From assembly GCA_963749445.1 (NCBI GenBank), contig CAVVMJ010000003.1:128715-192714 (forward strand): DNA of 64,000 bases, in the 5' to 3' direction. Position 1 is the stretch's first letter; each line of letters opens with the position of its first letter. The position numbers were made by a program, and so were the translations under genes. Shown here one piece after another: positions 48,691-58,741 of the stretch. The notes below the pieces were generated by a model. The model ran no database searches. It was not told where the DNA came from and saw only the letters and a list, made by a program, of their open reading frames with translations. This stretch comes from an uncultured bacterium (lineage in GTDB: Bacteria; Patescibacteriota; Doudnabacteria; UBA920).

Positions 48691-48962
48691 TTTTTATCAG
48701 GAGCCTCTAATCCAAAAGCCTCTTCCAGAAAATCGTATTCCGCCTTGAGTTTTTCCCGGGCTTCTTCCATTTCTTCTTTTTCCTCGCCTTCGGCTTCAAA
48801 CCATTGGTCGTAGCCGGCCTTGAGCTCGTCGTCAATTTCCTGAAGGCGCGCGTAAGCCTCGGCCTCGCTTTGCGGACCGGAGTCCTGCCATTCTTCGTAG
48901 GTCATCCCCAGGCGCTTTTTGTACTTTTCCTGGTAGAGGTCTTTTATGTCGTCTTGATCCAT
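48684..48962 (-). CDS. Hypothetical acidic protein.
   Basis: ORF only. Confidence 0.3.
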   Translation of the reverse strand: MDQDDIKDLYQEKYKKRLGMTYEEWQDSGPQSEAEAYARLQEIDDELKAGYDQWFEAEGEEKEEMEEAREKLKAEYDFLEEAFGLEAPDKNL

Positions 48963-49118
48963 TTACCCGCCTAAATTTTGCCCTAAAAATTGGGCAAGAT
49001 TAATTATTTAGATAACGGTTGTTAATCAAAAGTTTTAGATTCCACGCTGCAAAATTTCGGCAGGTTAGTCTATTCTACTAAAATAATTATGCAGCATTTT
49101 TTCAATCTGGTTCCGTCC

Positions 49119-49325
49119 CTACCCGGTTTTTAGCCATTGTTCCCGCACAAAGGCATCATGTTTGTCTAAAAAAGCTTCGTAATATATTAAACGGAAAGGT
49201 TTCCTGTTCTTTGTTGATTCTATACCACCTTTATTATGTAATGCAAATCGCTGCTTTAGGTTATTTGTACAGCCGATATATAGCCTGGTATCTTTTAAAC
49301 TTTGTAAGATATATACATAGTGCAT
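49119..49325 (-). CDS. GIY-YIG nuclease family protein (YhbQ-like), possibly C-terminally truncated.
   Basis: YVYILQS...LYIGCTNNLKQRFALH. Confidence 0.55.
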   Translation of the reverse strand: MHYVYILQSLKDTRLYIGCTNNLKQRFALHNKGGIESTKNRKPFRLIYYEAFLDKHDAFVREQWLKTG

Positions 49326-49798
49326 AAGCTAACTTATTTTATCGCAAATTTTGCCCGGCGACAAATTAACCCGCCGAAACTTTACGATGGATTTGTGGAA
49401 GCGAGGGAGAGTTAACAAATTTTTGATGCGGGTTTACCCACCGAAACTTTGCACAATTTATTAAAATTATTTGGTTGTTCAGACAAAATTATCTACTTAG
49501 ACTACCTAAACAACCCTCGCAAAGTTTAGGTGGGTAAAGTAAAAACCCCAATCTTGATAGCCCGCCCCGTCAGGGGAATTTGGGCATTGAAAGGGGTCTT
49601 TAAGAAAAGCTAGAAGAAGCTTGTGAGCTATAAGAAGTATCGAAATAAGCCTTATAGCCAACCGCCCTAAAAGTAGGGGTGGTAATCCCGATTTATCGGG
49701 ACAATTGGTTGATAAATTGTTTTTGTTTTTGTTTCTTCTTATGAAGAACTCACTTTTCTATAGGTATTATAGCAGATTTTTTGGAGGTTGTCTAGAGG

Positions 49799-50989
49799 CT
49801 AGTTTGTTTCCGCCAAAGCGCCGCGTCCTGTATTGATGACAATTACCTTACTATTTTTAGCTACCAAACCTTCCCGCCAACGTTTCATGTATAATGCGAG
49901 CCCCGCAGCAGCAGAAGGTTCGGTTGCAATACCAAGCGGCTCGCCTTTCTTTTTTAGAAGGTCATAAGCTTCTTTTATTTCGGCTTCTGATACTTTGTAA
50001 ACGCCTGTTTCAAGATGGGTGTACCCATCTTGTTTAAGTGAAGTAAGTCGATTTGTATCATAATGGATGTAGGGTTTTACAGGGGCTGCAAGTTTGTCGG
50101 CGATGCTGGGGAAACTTTCAGGTTCCGCCCCTAGGATTTTAACGTTACCGACCCGGAAAGATTCAGATTTAATCTGGTTCGCTATTTCTGACTCATCTGA
50201 GGTGTCCAATAAAAATTGCCGATCGACTAAACCTTCAAAGGTCGCCCCGGATCCATACGAATCATATATCTCATTTGGCTGTTCTAAAAATATTTCTTCA
50301 CCCAATACGTAATAGAACATTCTCCAAGGTCTTTCCGGGTCGTCTTCTTGGTTGGCACTGGTTAAGTCAAAGCCGGCATCGTTGTTGGTAAGTTCCATAA
50401 TTTGGCCTGGCTCCAGAGGGCTTTCTTGGGCTGGCATGTCAGTAAAGGCGTTTGAAGAAAGATCAGTTAGATATAAATCTGCCCGCATGGTTTTTAGTTT
50501 TATCAAAGTTTCGGGGGATACGTGTTTATCTAGCAATAGCTTTGGCGGAGGTAATTCAAAAGCTTCAAATGCGTTTGCCAGCGCTCTGCCGGCATTACCG
50601 GCGGTGATGATGGAAAAACGGGGCAGGTATTTAGTTTTGAGTTTTTCCTCATAACTTGGATCGTTGGCTAAGGTTTCCAGATAGAAGCGGGCTTTGTCTC
50701 GGTAAACACCAGCGCAGGCTCGGGCCATCCTATCTTTCATAGTTCCAGTAGGATTTACCGATTGGTCCCCTTCATTTTTTATAAATATTTTGCCAAAGCC
50801 ATCTTGAGACAGATCAAGTTCAACCAGAGGGGTTTTTGTCCCTTCCGATTCCAGGCCAACAGGGATTTCTTTAGCCCATCTTTGTGCCAGCTCCCTGGAC
50901 CAGAATTGTGGATAAGGAATTTCTTGCACAATTTCGCGTTTTGATTGCCAATTGGCTTCGCCAATTGGAAAATCTTTTATTTCTGTCAT
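49799..50989 (-). CDS. PLP-dependent enzyme of the tryptophan-synthase-beta/threonine-synthase fold, with a large internal insertion.
   Basis: NPTGTMKDRMA (PLP-lysine motif) and ITAGNAGRALA (Gly-rich loop). Confidence 0.5.
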   Translation of the reverse strand: MTEIKDFPIGEANWQSKREIVQEIPYPQFWSRELAQRWAKEIPVGLESEGTKTPLVELDLSQDGFGKIFIKNEGDQSVNPTGTMKDRMARACAGVYRDKARFYLETLANDPSYEEKLKTKYLPRFSIITAGNAGRALANAFEAFELPPPKLLLDKHVSPETLIKLKTMRADLYLTDLSSNAFTDMPAQESPLEPGQIMELTNNDAGFDLTSANQEDDPERPWRMFYYVLGEEIFLEQPNEIYDSYGSGATFEGLVDRQFLLDTSDESEIANQIKSESFRVGNVKILGAEPESFPSIADKLAAPVKPYIHYDTNRLTSLKQDGYTHLETGVYKVSEAEIKEAYDLLKKKGEPLGIATEPSAAAGLALYMKRWREGLVAKNSKVIVINTGRGALAETN

Positions 50990-50993
50990 AAAG

Positions 50994-51539
50994 TTAGAGT
51001 TTTTTATAGTATAGCAACAAACTGCCATGTTTGTTGAGCTTTTTTACGGAGATAAGTTTGAATTTTGTATTTAGATCAATATCGCTCGCAAACAAATCTA
51101 TCCCTCCCCCAAAAACGATTGGCTCAATGGTTAAATAAAGTTCATTAAGCAAATTGTTTTGCAAACAATAAGTATAGGTTTGCGCTCCGCCGAGGATGGC
51201 GACGGTTTTGTATTTTAGTTCGCGGATGAGTTTTTTTATATCTGATTTTTGCGGGTTGACATATAAAAGGTTTGTTTGCAACCTCTCTGCCCTTCGGGCA
51301 TCTTCCCTCGCCAGGGGAGAAGGCTCCGCGGTTTTGCTAAGAACTATGCAGTTGCGCTTGGATAGCGGCTTTATTGCCGTCTTGTAAGTGTTGTTGCCAA
51401 CGATTATGCAGTCGCATTTGTCCAGCAGCGCGCGCATAAAGAGCTTGTCTTCTTTGCTGGTCCAATCACTCGGATGGTTTGGGCCTTTGGCGATTTTGCC
51501 GTCCAGGGTTATGGCGGCAATGGCGATGTATTTGGACAT
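50994..51539 (-). CDS. RibD C-terminal/DHFR-like reductase domain protein, carrying an in-frame Family-A-like insert.
   Basis: IAIAAITLDGKIAKGP. The insert encodes EPSPLAREDARRAER (51292-51338). Confidence 0.5.
   Translation of the reverse strand: MSKYIAIAAITLDGKIAKGPNHPSDWTSKEDKLFMRALLDKCDCIIVGNNTYKTAIKPLSKRNCIVLSKTAEPSPLAREDARRAERLQTNLLYVNPQKSDIKKLIRELKYKTVAILGGAQTYTYCLQNNLLNELYLTIEPIVFGGGIDLFASDIDLNTKFKLISVKKLNKHGSLLLYYKKL
51292..51338. repeat. Family-A-like element (copy A3) inside a CDS.
   Basis: cctctctgcccttcgggcatcttccctcgccaggggagaaggctccgcggtttt; parallels the A1/A2 architecture. Confidence 0.5.
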
Positions 51540-51540
51540 G

Positions 51541-51650
51541 GTAATTGGTTATTGGGTTTGGCGGCCAGTATGGGTGTAGGTTTTTGGTTGTAAGTGACTT
51601 AATACCAAAACCTTAAGACCGTACAGGCCGCCACACCTTATACCCTAAGA
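51541..51650. repeat. Family-F/G element (copy G2, inverted).
   Basis: Reverse complement reads tataaggtgtggcggcctgtacggtcttaaggttttggtattaagtcacttaca... Confidence 0.65.
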
Positions 51651-52370
51651 CTTTTTAAAGATTTTTAATAGAGGGTAATATAAGTCTTTCTTTGGTTCAA
51701 TCACCAGCTTGCGATGGGTGCTGTGATTGGTAAACTTGATAAATTTCGCGCCGCGCAAAACCATCATCGGGGTTTTTTCGTTCCCCTCCCCCATCAGCAA
51801 GACAGCCATGTTGGATATGCTGTCCACGATGTTGCTTTGGGTGTATTTTAACTTGCGGCCGAAAATATCTTTTTTGCCGCGGTAGTCAAATAATGGCTCT
51901 AATCCGAAAAACCCTATGGATATCCCCTGCGTCCCCCACCGAAGCGGTGTGGTGTGGCTGTCGGTAATTGCCACCGCAAGTTTTTTTATTTTAAACTTCT
52001 TTTTTAAATATTTACAAATTTTTTTGGCCGCCTGGGTGGAATTCTTTGGCCAAAGGATGTCGTAGCCATTGCCGTTGCTCTCGTCAATCCCGGCTGAAGG
52101 AATTAGGGTGTAATCTTTAATTGTCAAAACTATATCCAATCCGTTAAGCACCCTTTTTGGCAGCGAATAATCCGCCTCTTGTTTTATAAGTTTTAGTTTT
52201 TCCCGATGATCATCTAATTTAACACAACGTCCTTGATGTATGGCCAAAATTTTGGACGTAACAAACAAAACGTCACCTTCTTTTAAGTGCGGCAGATGTT
52301 TGTCCATCAACCCAAAAATATCATCCTTGGGCGGTAAAAACTCCCGGGTTTTTATTGGCATAAATTGCAT
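51645..52370 (-). CDS. CofE-like (F420-0:gamma-glutamyl ligase family) protein.
   Basis: The SAGIDESNGNG motif and its length. Confidence 0.45.
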   Translation of the reverse strand: MQFMPIKTREFLPPKDDIFGLMDKHLPHLKEGDVLFVTSKILAIHQGRCVKLDDHREKLKLIKQEADYSLPKRVLNGLDIVLTIKDYTLIPSAGIDESNGNGYDILWPKNSTQAAKKICKYLKKKFKIKKLAVAITDSHTTPLRWGTQGISIGFFGLEPLFDYRGKKDIFGRKLKYTQSNIVDSISNMAVLLMGEGNEKTPMMVLRGAKFIKFTNHSTHRKLVIEPKKDLYYPLLKIFKKS

Positions 52371-52432
52371 ATATCGTATTTTATCAGAACTGTTGATACT
52401 TTAACAGCTTTAAATTATAATAAGGAAGATTT

Positions 52433-52507
52433 GGGCGCATAGCTCAGCGGTAGAGCAATCGTCTTATACACGATCGGCCCTAGGTTCGAATCCTAGTGCG
52501 CCCACCA
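52433..52507 (+). tRNA. tRNA with anticodon UAU (Ile, AUA-decoding), with encoded CCA.
   Basis: Cloverleaf folded by hand: acceptor gggcgca/tgcgccc, D arm gctc-agcggta-gagc, anticodon arm atcgt-cTTATac-acgat, T arm ctagg-ttcgaat-cctag. A terminator hairpin follows at 52511-52540. Confidence 0.8.
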
Positions 52508-52547
52508 AAAAACTCCGGCAGGTACCGGAGTTTTCGTATGACAGGAT

Positions 52548-52850
52548 TTATTTGAAAAATATATACCAGTCGGGGAATCTAACGAAGTCATAGAGCATGG
52601 CTGCCAGCAGGAAAGAAACTATCATTAGCACGGAAGGATGGGTTAGTCTTTGGGTTTTTACAGCAACGGCCATGGTTATGATCAATAGCACCAAATAAAC
52701 AAGCCAGTGGTGCAGGTGTACGTTGTAGCCGGATAGCTTAACAATTAAACTTGGCGTAATGGTTGCAATATTTTTATAAGGTGTGGTGCCCAGCTTTTCC
52801 CAAGTTAAGCCGCTGATAAGTCCGATAAAGATTGCAAGCAATTGGTACAT
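52548..52850 (-). CDS. Small membrane protein.
   Basis: Hydrophobic 100-aa ORF. Confidence 0.35.
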   Translation of the reverse strand: MYQLLAIFIGLISGLTWEKLGTTPYKNIATITPSLIVKLSGYNVHLHHWLVYLVLLIITMAVAVKTQRLTHPSVLMIVSFLLAAMLYDFVRFPDWYIFFK

Positions 52851-52854
52851 AGTG

Positions 52855-55323
52855 CTAAATTATTGTCGCGCTAGCCACTTTATCTCCTTCTTCCAGCCTC
52901 ATTACCCGCACGCCTTGCGTAGCGCGGCCTAAGGTGGAGACGGAGTTTAAGGGCAGGCGGATGGTTTGGCCGGATTTGGAAATTATGACCAGGTCGTGTT
53001 CTTCCGAGGAGTTTAAAATATACATAGAAACGATTTTTCCGGTCTTGGGCGTAACTTTAAGCGTCTTAATCCCGCTGCCGGCGCGTTTTTGGATTTTGTA
53101 ATAAGCGGCTTCGGTTTTTTTGCCCAGGCCGTTTTCCGTAACCACCAAAACTTCCAAATTTTTAACGTCAACCGATTTTTTAATTACGTCCATACTAATA
53201 ATCAGGTCGCCTTTTTTCAGCCGCATGCCGGTAACGCCACTGGCGTTTCTGCCCATGGCGCGCACGTCTTTTTCGTTAAAGCGGATGGCCTGGCCGTTTT
53301 CCGTGGACAGCATAATTTGGTCTTCGCCCGAGCTTTCTTCCACCCACTTGAGCTCGTCGTCGCCTTTTAAGGAGATGGCAATCATCCCGCTTTTGCGGAC
53401 TTTGGCGAATTCTTCCAAGGACGTTTTTTTAATCAGGCCTTTTTTGGTGGCCATGACCAAAAATTTGGCCGCGGTTTTTTTGCCCATGGTCAATACCGCG
53501 GTGGCGACTTCCCCGCCGCCCAGCTGCAAAAAGTTCACCAAAGCCTGGCCTTTGGACACGCGCGAGCCTTCCGGCAGTTCGTAAACTTTGGTCAAAAACA
53601 CGCGGCCTTTGTTGGTAAAGAACAAAATGTCGTCGTGGGTGTTGGAAGATAATCATTTTTTCCACCACGTCTTCTTCCTTTAAGGTCTGGCCGATTACGC
53701 CCTTGCCGCCGCGCGACTGGCTTTTGTAGGTGTCCGGCGCCAGGCGCTTGACATAGCCGGATTTGGTGATGGTAATAATTACGTTTTCTTCGGGAATTAA
53801 ATCTTCGGCGCAAAAGGTGCCGACCGCGCTTTTGACGACTGGGTTTTGCGCTCGTCGCCAAAGCGCGCTTTCATATCTTCCACTTCTTTTTTGATGATCC
53901 CCAAAATTTTCTTTTTGGACTGTAAAATGCCTTCCAGTTCCTCAATCAACATATTTCTTTTCCTTGAGCTCGTCGTCAATTTTTTTGCGCTCCAGCCCGG
54001 CCAGGGTCTGCAAACGCATTTCCAAAATCGCGTCGGCCTGGATGTCGGTGAATTTGAATTTTTTGATTAAATTAACCTTGGCTTCTTCCTTGGTCGGGCA
54101 TTTTGTTGATGGTGTTGATGACCTCGTCAATGTGGTCCAAAGCTTTTTTTAAGCCTTCCAAAATATGCGCGCGCTCTTTGGCTTTTTTGAGCTCAAATTC
54201 CGTGCGGCGGCGGATGACGATTTGCCGGTGCTCCAGATATTTTTCCAGCACGGTTTTTAAGTTCAGCACGTGCGGCTGCAATGCCGTCCACCAAAGCCAG
54301 CATGTTCATGTGGAAAGTTTCCTGCAGCTGGGTGTAGGAAAACAGCTGGTTTAAGATTTTGTTCGGCATGGCGTCTTTTTTAAGGTCAACCACAATTCTG
54401 ACACCGTCTTTGTCGCTCTCGTCGCGCACGTCCCTGATGCCTTCAATTTTTTTGTCGCGCACCAGTTCCGCGATTTTTTCCAAGAGGGTGGCTTTGTTGA
54501 CGCGGTACGGGATTTCATGGACCAAAATCCTAAAGCCGCCGGTTTTGGTTTCCACAATTTCGGTTTTGGCGCGCATGACCATGCTGCCCTTGCCCGTGGC
54601 ATAAGCGTTTTTGATGGCCGCGACATCATAAATAATGCCGCCGGTGGGGAAATCCGGACCTTTGATGAATTCCATTAAGTCTTCGCTGGCGACTTCGGGA
54701 TCATCAATCAATTTAACAATGGCGTCGCAGACTTCGGTTAAATTATGGGGAGGGATATCGGTTGCCATGCCCACGGCAATGCCTAGAGTGCCGTTTAAAA
54801 GCAGATTGGGCAGTTTGCCGGGCAAAACGAATGGTTCTTTGCGCGTGGCGTCATAGTTGTCGCGCCAGTCCACGGTTTCCTTATCTAGATCCACCAATAA
54901 TTCTTCGGCCAAGGCTGACATCCGCGCTTCGGTATAACGCATGGCCGCGGCGCCGTCGCCATCCATACTGCCAAAATTTCCCTGCCCTTCAATTAACGGA
55001 TAGCGCAAAGAAAAGGTCTGCGCCATATGTACCATACTGTCGTACACGGCCATATCGCCGTGCGGGTGGTACTTGCCGAGCACATCGCCGACTACGGCCG
55101 CGGATTTGCGGAATTTGACGTTGTGGCGCAGTCCCATTTCGTGCATCACATACAAAATGCGGCGGTGCACGGGCTTAAGCCCGTCCCTTACGTCGGGCAG
55201 GGCGCGGGAGACAATTACGCTCATGGCGTAGTCCAAATAGGACTCCTGCATTTCCCGTTCCAAAAAGCGCGGCTTAACTTCGCCGACTTCGCTGGTTACG
55301 GGTTTTGATGCGTCTTTGGGCAT
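52855..55323 (-). CDS. gyrA: DNA gyrase subunit A, fragmented by at least 4 apparent frameshifts between about 53600 and 54300.
   Basis: N-terminus [33 protein letters not shown]-terminal beta-pinwheel repeats continue in other frames. Confidence 0.8.
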
Positions 55324-55336
55324 AAGGGAATTGAGC

Positions 55337-55445
55337 AAAATTAAATAAAATTGACATAATTGAACATAATTGACGAATTTATAATCTGCGGTTTGGCAAT
55401 TATGGCAATTATTTAAATTATGTCAATTTTGTCATTTCTTGTAAT
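55337..55445. repeat. Family-C-like AT-rich palindromic element (copy C3).
   Basis: attgacataattgaacataattgacgaattt...ttggcaattatggcaattatttaaattatgtcaattttgtcat. Confidence 0.55.
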
Positions 55446-55650
55446 TATCTTGTAAATCTTTCACTCCTTTGCCGAGGGTGTCAAATAAAGTTGTGTCTTT
55501 GGGCAGGCTGCGGCTGTAGCGGGACAAAATTATCCATAACGCGAGCAGAACCACGGCGGCGACTATAATTGTAATCCAAATTAGCCGGATTTTTTGTTCC
55601 TGGGGTTTTTGCCGGATTTTTTCTATCCAATTCATAGGTAGTAATCTCAA
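55432..55650 (-). CDS. Small single-TM protein.
   Basis: ORF with a TM helix. Confidence 0.3.
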   Translation of the reverse strand: MRLLPMNWIEKIRQKPQEQKIRLIWITIIVAAVVLLALWIILSRYSRSLPKDTTLFDTLGKGVKDLQDNYKK

Positions 55651-55752
55651 ATATACAAATCAACACAAATATACAAATGTAAACTGCTAATTTTAGAAAG
55701 AATGCTTAATATCGGATTTGTATATTTGTCAAAATTTGTTTATTTGCGAATA

Positions 55753-56378
55753 CTACCTTAAAGGTTCCAACACGACTACTTTTGTCCCCTCTTCCGGCAA
55801 ATCTTTCTTTTTAACCGTGAGTTTTTCCATTTCCTCTTTTTTGCCGCCCATTTCTTTGATGAATTTATCCATTGCGTCCACGTCAATAATCAGGCCTGGC
55901 ATTTTATAATGTGATGGGATAACTATTTTTGGCTCAATCTCATTAACCACTTTGGAGGCGCCGGAAGCCGACATTACGGTATTGCCGCCCACGGGCAGGA
56001 TTAAAATATCAATTTCGCCCAAAGCCTCAATTTCATCCTCGCTCATATTAAAATCTTTAATGTGAGTGAGGTTAAGGATGCGCATATCTTCGCTTTCAAT
56101 GAGAAAAACGGTAACGTATTTGTCTTCCTGCTTCAGCGGGATGCCGGTTATGGTGACGCTTTTGATGTCGTATTCGCCCGGGTCAAAAATTTCAAACGGC
56201 TCGCCGGAAATGCCGGAAACCGCCGAATACAAGCTTTCTTTTTTTCGGCTAAAACCAAAATATCCGCCGCTCCCCGGGGAGGGGTTAGGCCGGAATCCTT
56301 ATGGAACGGGTCGGTGATGATTGTGGCTTCTTTAGTGGTGATTTTAAAGCTCGATAGACCGAAATATTGAATCTGCAT
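55753..56378 (-). CDS. Metallo-beta-lactamase-fold hydrolase (apparent frameshift at a T7 run near 56240).
   Basis: MQIQYFGLSSFKITT N-terminus and ILILPVGG...VIPSHY, in two frames. Confidence 0.5.
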
Positions 56379-56465
56379 ATGGATAAATTATAGCTGATTT
56401 TGCGGAAAAAGAAAAGGGCTTTGGGCCTTGTTTTTTTATCGAATTTATGTTAAATTCCTGCCGAG

Positions 56466-56816
56466 GTGAGAAAGATGAAGAGAGCGTTGGTTGGATTGTT
56501 CTTGATGGTGGCAATTCTGGTGGCCGTCCCTGTCCTGGCCGTTGAGTTGTTGCCTGTTATTGCCGCGGAGGATCAAATCCAATGTGGCAAGTATCTGGTT
56601 AAGACCGCCGATGGAGATTGGCGGGTTAAGGTAAAGGGGGATAATGGGGATTATCCGCTTGTTCTCAAAAGTGGTGATCTCTGGTTGGAGATCGTCCTTG
56701 GCCAAAAACAGACCCAGCTTGCTTGGGATGGAGCGGTTCATCGTTTTTGGCCGACTGCCGAGGAAACCGCTGATGCCTGTGTGGCGGCAATCCCGAAGTA
56801 CGAAAAGAAGAAGTAA
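56466..56816 (+). CDS. Small secreted hypothetical protein.
   Basis: Signal-peptide-like N-terminus. Confidence 0.35.
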   Translation: MRKMKRALVGLFLMVAILVAVPVLAVELLPVIAAEDQIQCGKYLVKTADGDWRVKVKGDNGDYPLVLKSGDLWLEIVLGQKQTQLAWDGAVHRFWPTAEETADACVAAIPKYEKKK

Positions 56817-57029
56817 TACGTCACTTTGGGATGCGGGGGCGGTGCCTGTGGCCGCCCTTGCTTTTTTTATACAAATTGTTATAATGCCAGTGCTTATTTG
56901 ATTAGTGCCGCGAGGATTTAATTTAAAAAATAACCCCAAATAAGCCTTTGAATCGCGACACTTTTAACAATTAACCAATTTGATACGTTTTTAATTGACC
57001 CAACGATTAAGCGTTGGTTTTTGTTTTTT

Positions 57030-57118
57030 GAAATTGCGAGGAGCCCCGACTGCATCGGAGGGGCGACGTGGCAATCCCTTAATCAGTGGGATTGCTTCGG
57101 CTGCACTCGCAATTTCAC
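57030..57118. repeat. Family-B palindromic element (copy B2) upstream of rpsA.
   Basis: gaaattgcgaggag...gcaatccc...gggattgcttcggctgcactcgcaatttcac. Confidence 0.7.
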
Positions 57119-57156
57119 AATTAGATATCAATCGGTTAAAAAAGGAAAATTAATTT

Positions 57157-58368
57157 ATGGCAGAAGAAACTATTCAACAAACCCCCGTGGTTAACCCCGC
57201 GGCGCAAAACGCCCAGACCATGGCCGAACTTATGGATAGCGGCGTGGAAATAAAGGTGCTTAAGGCCGGCGATATGGTGGAAGGCCGGCTGATTTCGGTG
57301 GGCAAAAATGAAGTTTACGTGGATTTGGAAGGCTATGGCGTGGGCGTGGTACGCGGCCGCGAGCTGTATGACGACGAGGCCACTTTAAGCTCGCTCAAGC
57401 CCGGAGACAAAATTTTTGTTTCCGTAATTGAGCCGGAAAACAAGGAAGGCATAGCGGAATTGTCCCTGCGCCAGGCCGGCCAGGAACGGGTCTGGCAGAC
57501 GCTCAAGACTTTGATGGAACAAAAGGACGTTGTCCGCACTAAAATTTTGGAAGCCAATAAAGGCGGCCTTATGGTGGAAATTAACAACGTGATGGGTTTT
57601 TTGCCTGTGTCGCAGTTGTCTTTGGAACATTATCCGCGGGTGGAAGACGGCGACAAGAACAAAATCCTCTCTGTGCTGCACAGTTACGTTGGTCAGTCGT
57701 TTGACGTTCAGGTAATAACCGCGGACCCGCAGGAAGAAAAACTCATTGTCAGCGAAAAAGCGGTTTTTGAAAAGGAGATGGAACAAAAGCTGTCGCAGCT
57801 GAAAATCGGCCAGGTGGTGGAAGGCACGATTACCGGCGTGGTGGATTTTGGCGCGTTCGTAAAATTCGGAGAATTGGAAGGCTTGGTTCACATTAGCGAA
57901 CTGGCCTGGCAGCGCATTGAAAATCCCAAAGACATTGTGCGCGTCGGCCAGAAGGTGCAGGCCAAAGTTATTTCAATTGATAAAGGCCGCGTGTCGCTAT
58001 CCATTAAACAATTACAATCCGACCCTTGGCTGGAAGCCGTGAAAAAATACCAAATCGGCCAGACTGTGGAAGGCGCGGTCACCAAAATTATGCCGTTCGG
58101 CGTGTTTGTGGAACTGGACAAGGACATTGCCGGGTTGTGCCACATTTTAGAGCTGTCCCACGAGGCCGTAAAAAATCCCGAGGAACTGCTCAAGCCCGGA
58201 GAGCGGAAATCTTTTAAGATTATTTCCATTGAGCCGGCCGAGCACCGTCTTGGTCTGTCGCTGAAAGCCTTGCAGGAGGCGCCGAAAAAAGTGGCAGCTG
58301 TTGAAGAAATTCCGGCTAAAACAGAAGTTAAGGACGAGGGGGTTAAGACGGAAGAAGCTAAGGCTTAA
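57157..58368 (+). CDS. rpsA: 30S ribosomal protein S1 (four S1 domains).
   Basis: Repeated S1-domain pattern (GxV...G.fV.....GL.H.SE). Confidence 0.85.
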   Translation: MAEETIQQTPVVNPAAQNAQTMAELMDSGVEIKVLKAGDMVEGRLISVGKNEVYVDLEGYGVGVVRGRELYDDEATLSSLKPGDKIFVSVIEPENKEGIAELSLRQAGQERVWQTLKTLMEQKDVVRTKILEANKGGLMVEINNVMGFLPVSQLSLEHYPRVEDGDKNKILSVLHSYVGQSFDVQVITADPQEEKLIVSEKAVFEKEMEQKLSQLKIGQVVEGTITGVVDFGAFVKFGELEGLVHISELAWQRIENPKDIVRVGQKVQAKVISIDKGRVSLSIKQLQSDPWLEAVKKYQIGQTVEGAVTKIMPFGVFVELDKDIAGLCHILELSHEAVKNPEELLKPGERKSFKIISIEPAEHRLGLSLKALQEAPKKVAAVEEIPAKTEVKDEGVKTEEAKA

Positions 58369-58419
58369 GAGTCAAGACGCGTGTTTGAGGGCAGCCCTCA
58401 ATTTATAGAAACGCAAAAA

Positions 58420-58449
58420 GGATTCCCAAGTATGGGAACCCTTTTTTTG
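58420..58449 (+). terminator. Rho-independent terminator after rpsA.
   Basis: ggattcccaagtatgggaaccc followed by T7. Confidence 0.65.
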
Positions 58450-58516
58450 TTTGAGTTGTATTCTCGTTGATCCGCGTTCATATCTGCGTAGAAGATCAGC
58501 GAGTAATCCGCGGTTT

Positions 58517-58741
58517 TTACATGGCCGGTTTGGGCATGCTGCTGGCGCTGGTGGCGCAGGCTTTGCAGTTGGCTTTATGGGTGACGGCTTCAAATATGGC
58601 GGACAGGCCGACAAGGACGTAAACAATATTGGCTAACGTTGTGCCTAGATACGCGACGGCGTTAAAACCGAACGCGAATAGGCCCCAGTTGAGGCCGCCG
58701 ATAACCAGAAGGATAAAAGCGATTATGTGGAGAGCTTTCAT
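58517..58741 (-). CDS. DUF378-family small membrane protein.
   Basis: MKALHIIAFILLVIGGLNWGLFAF. Confidence 0.55.
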   Translation of the reverse strand: MKALHIIAFILLVIGGLNWGLFAFGFNAVAYLGTTLANIVYVLVGLSAIFEAVTHKANCKACATSASSMPKPAM

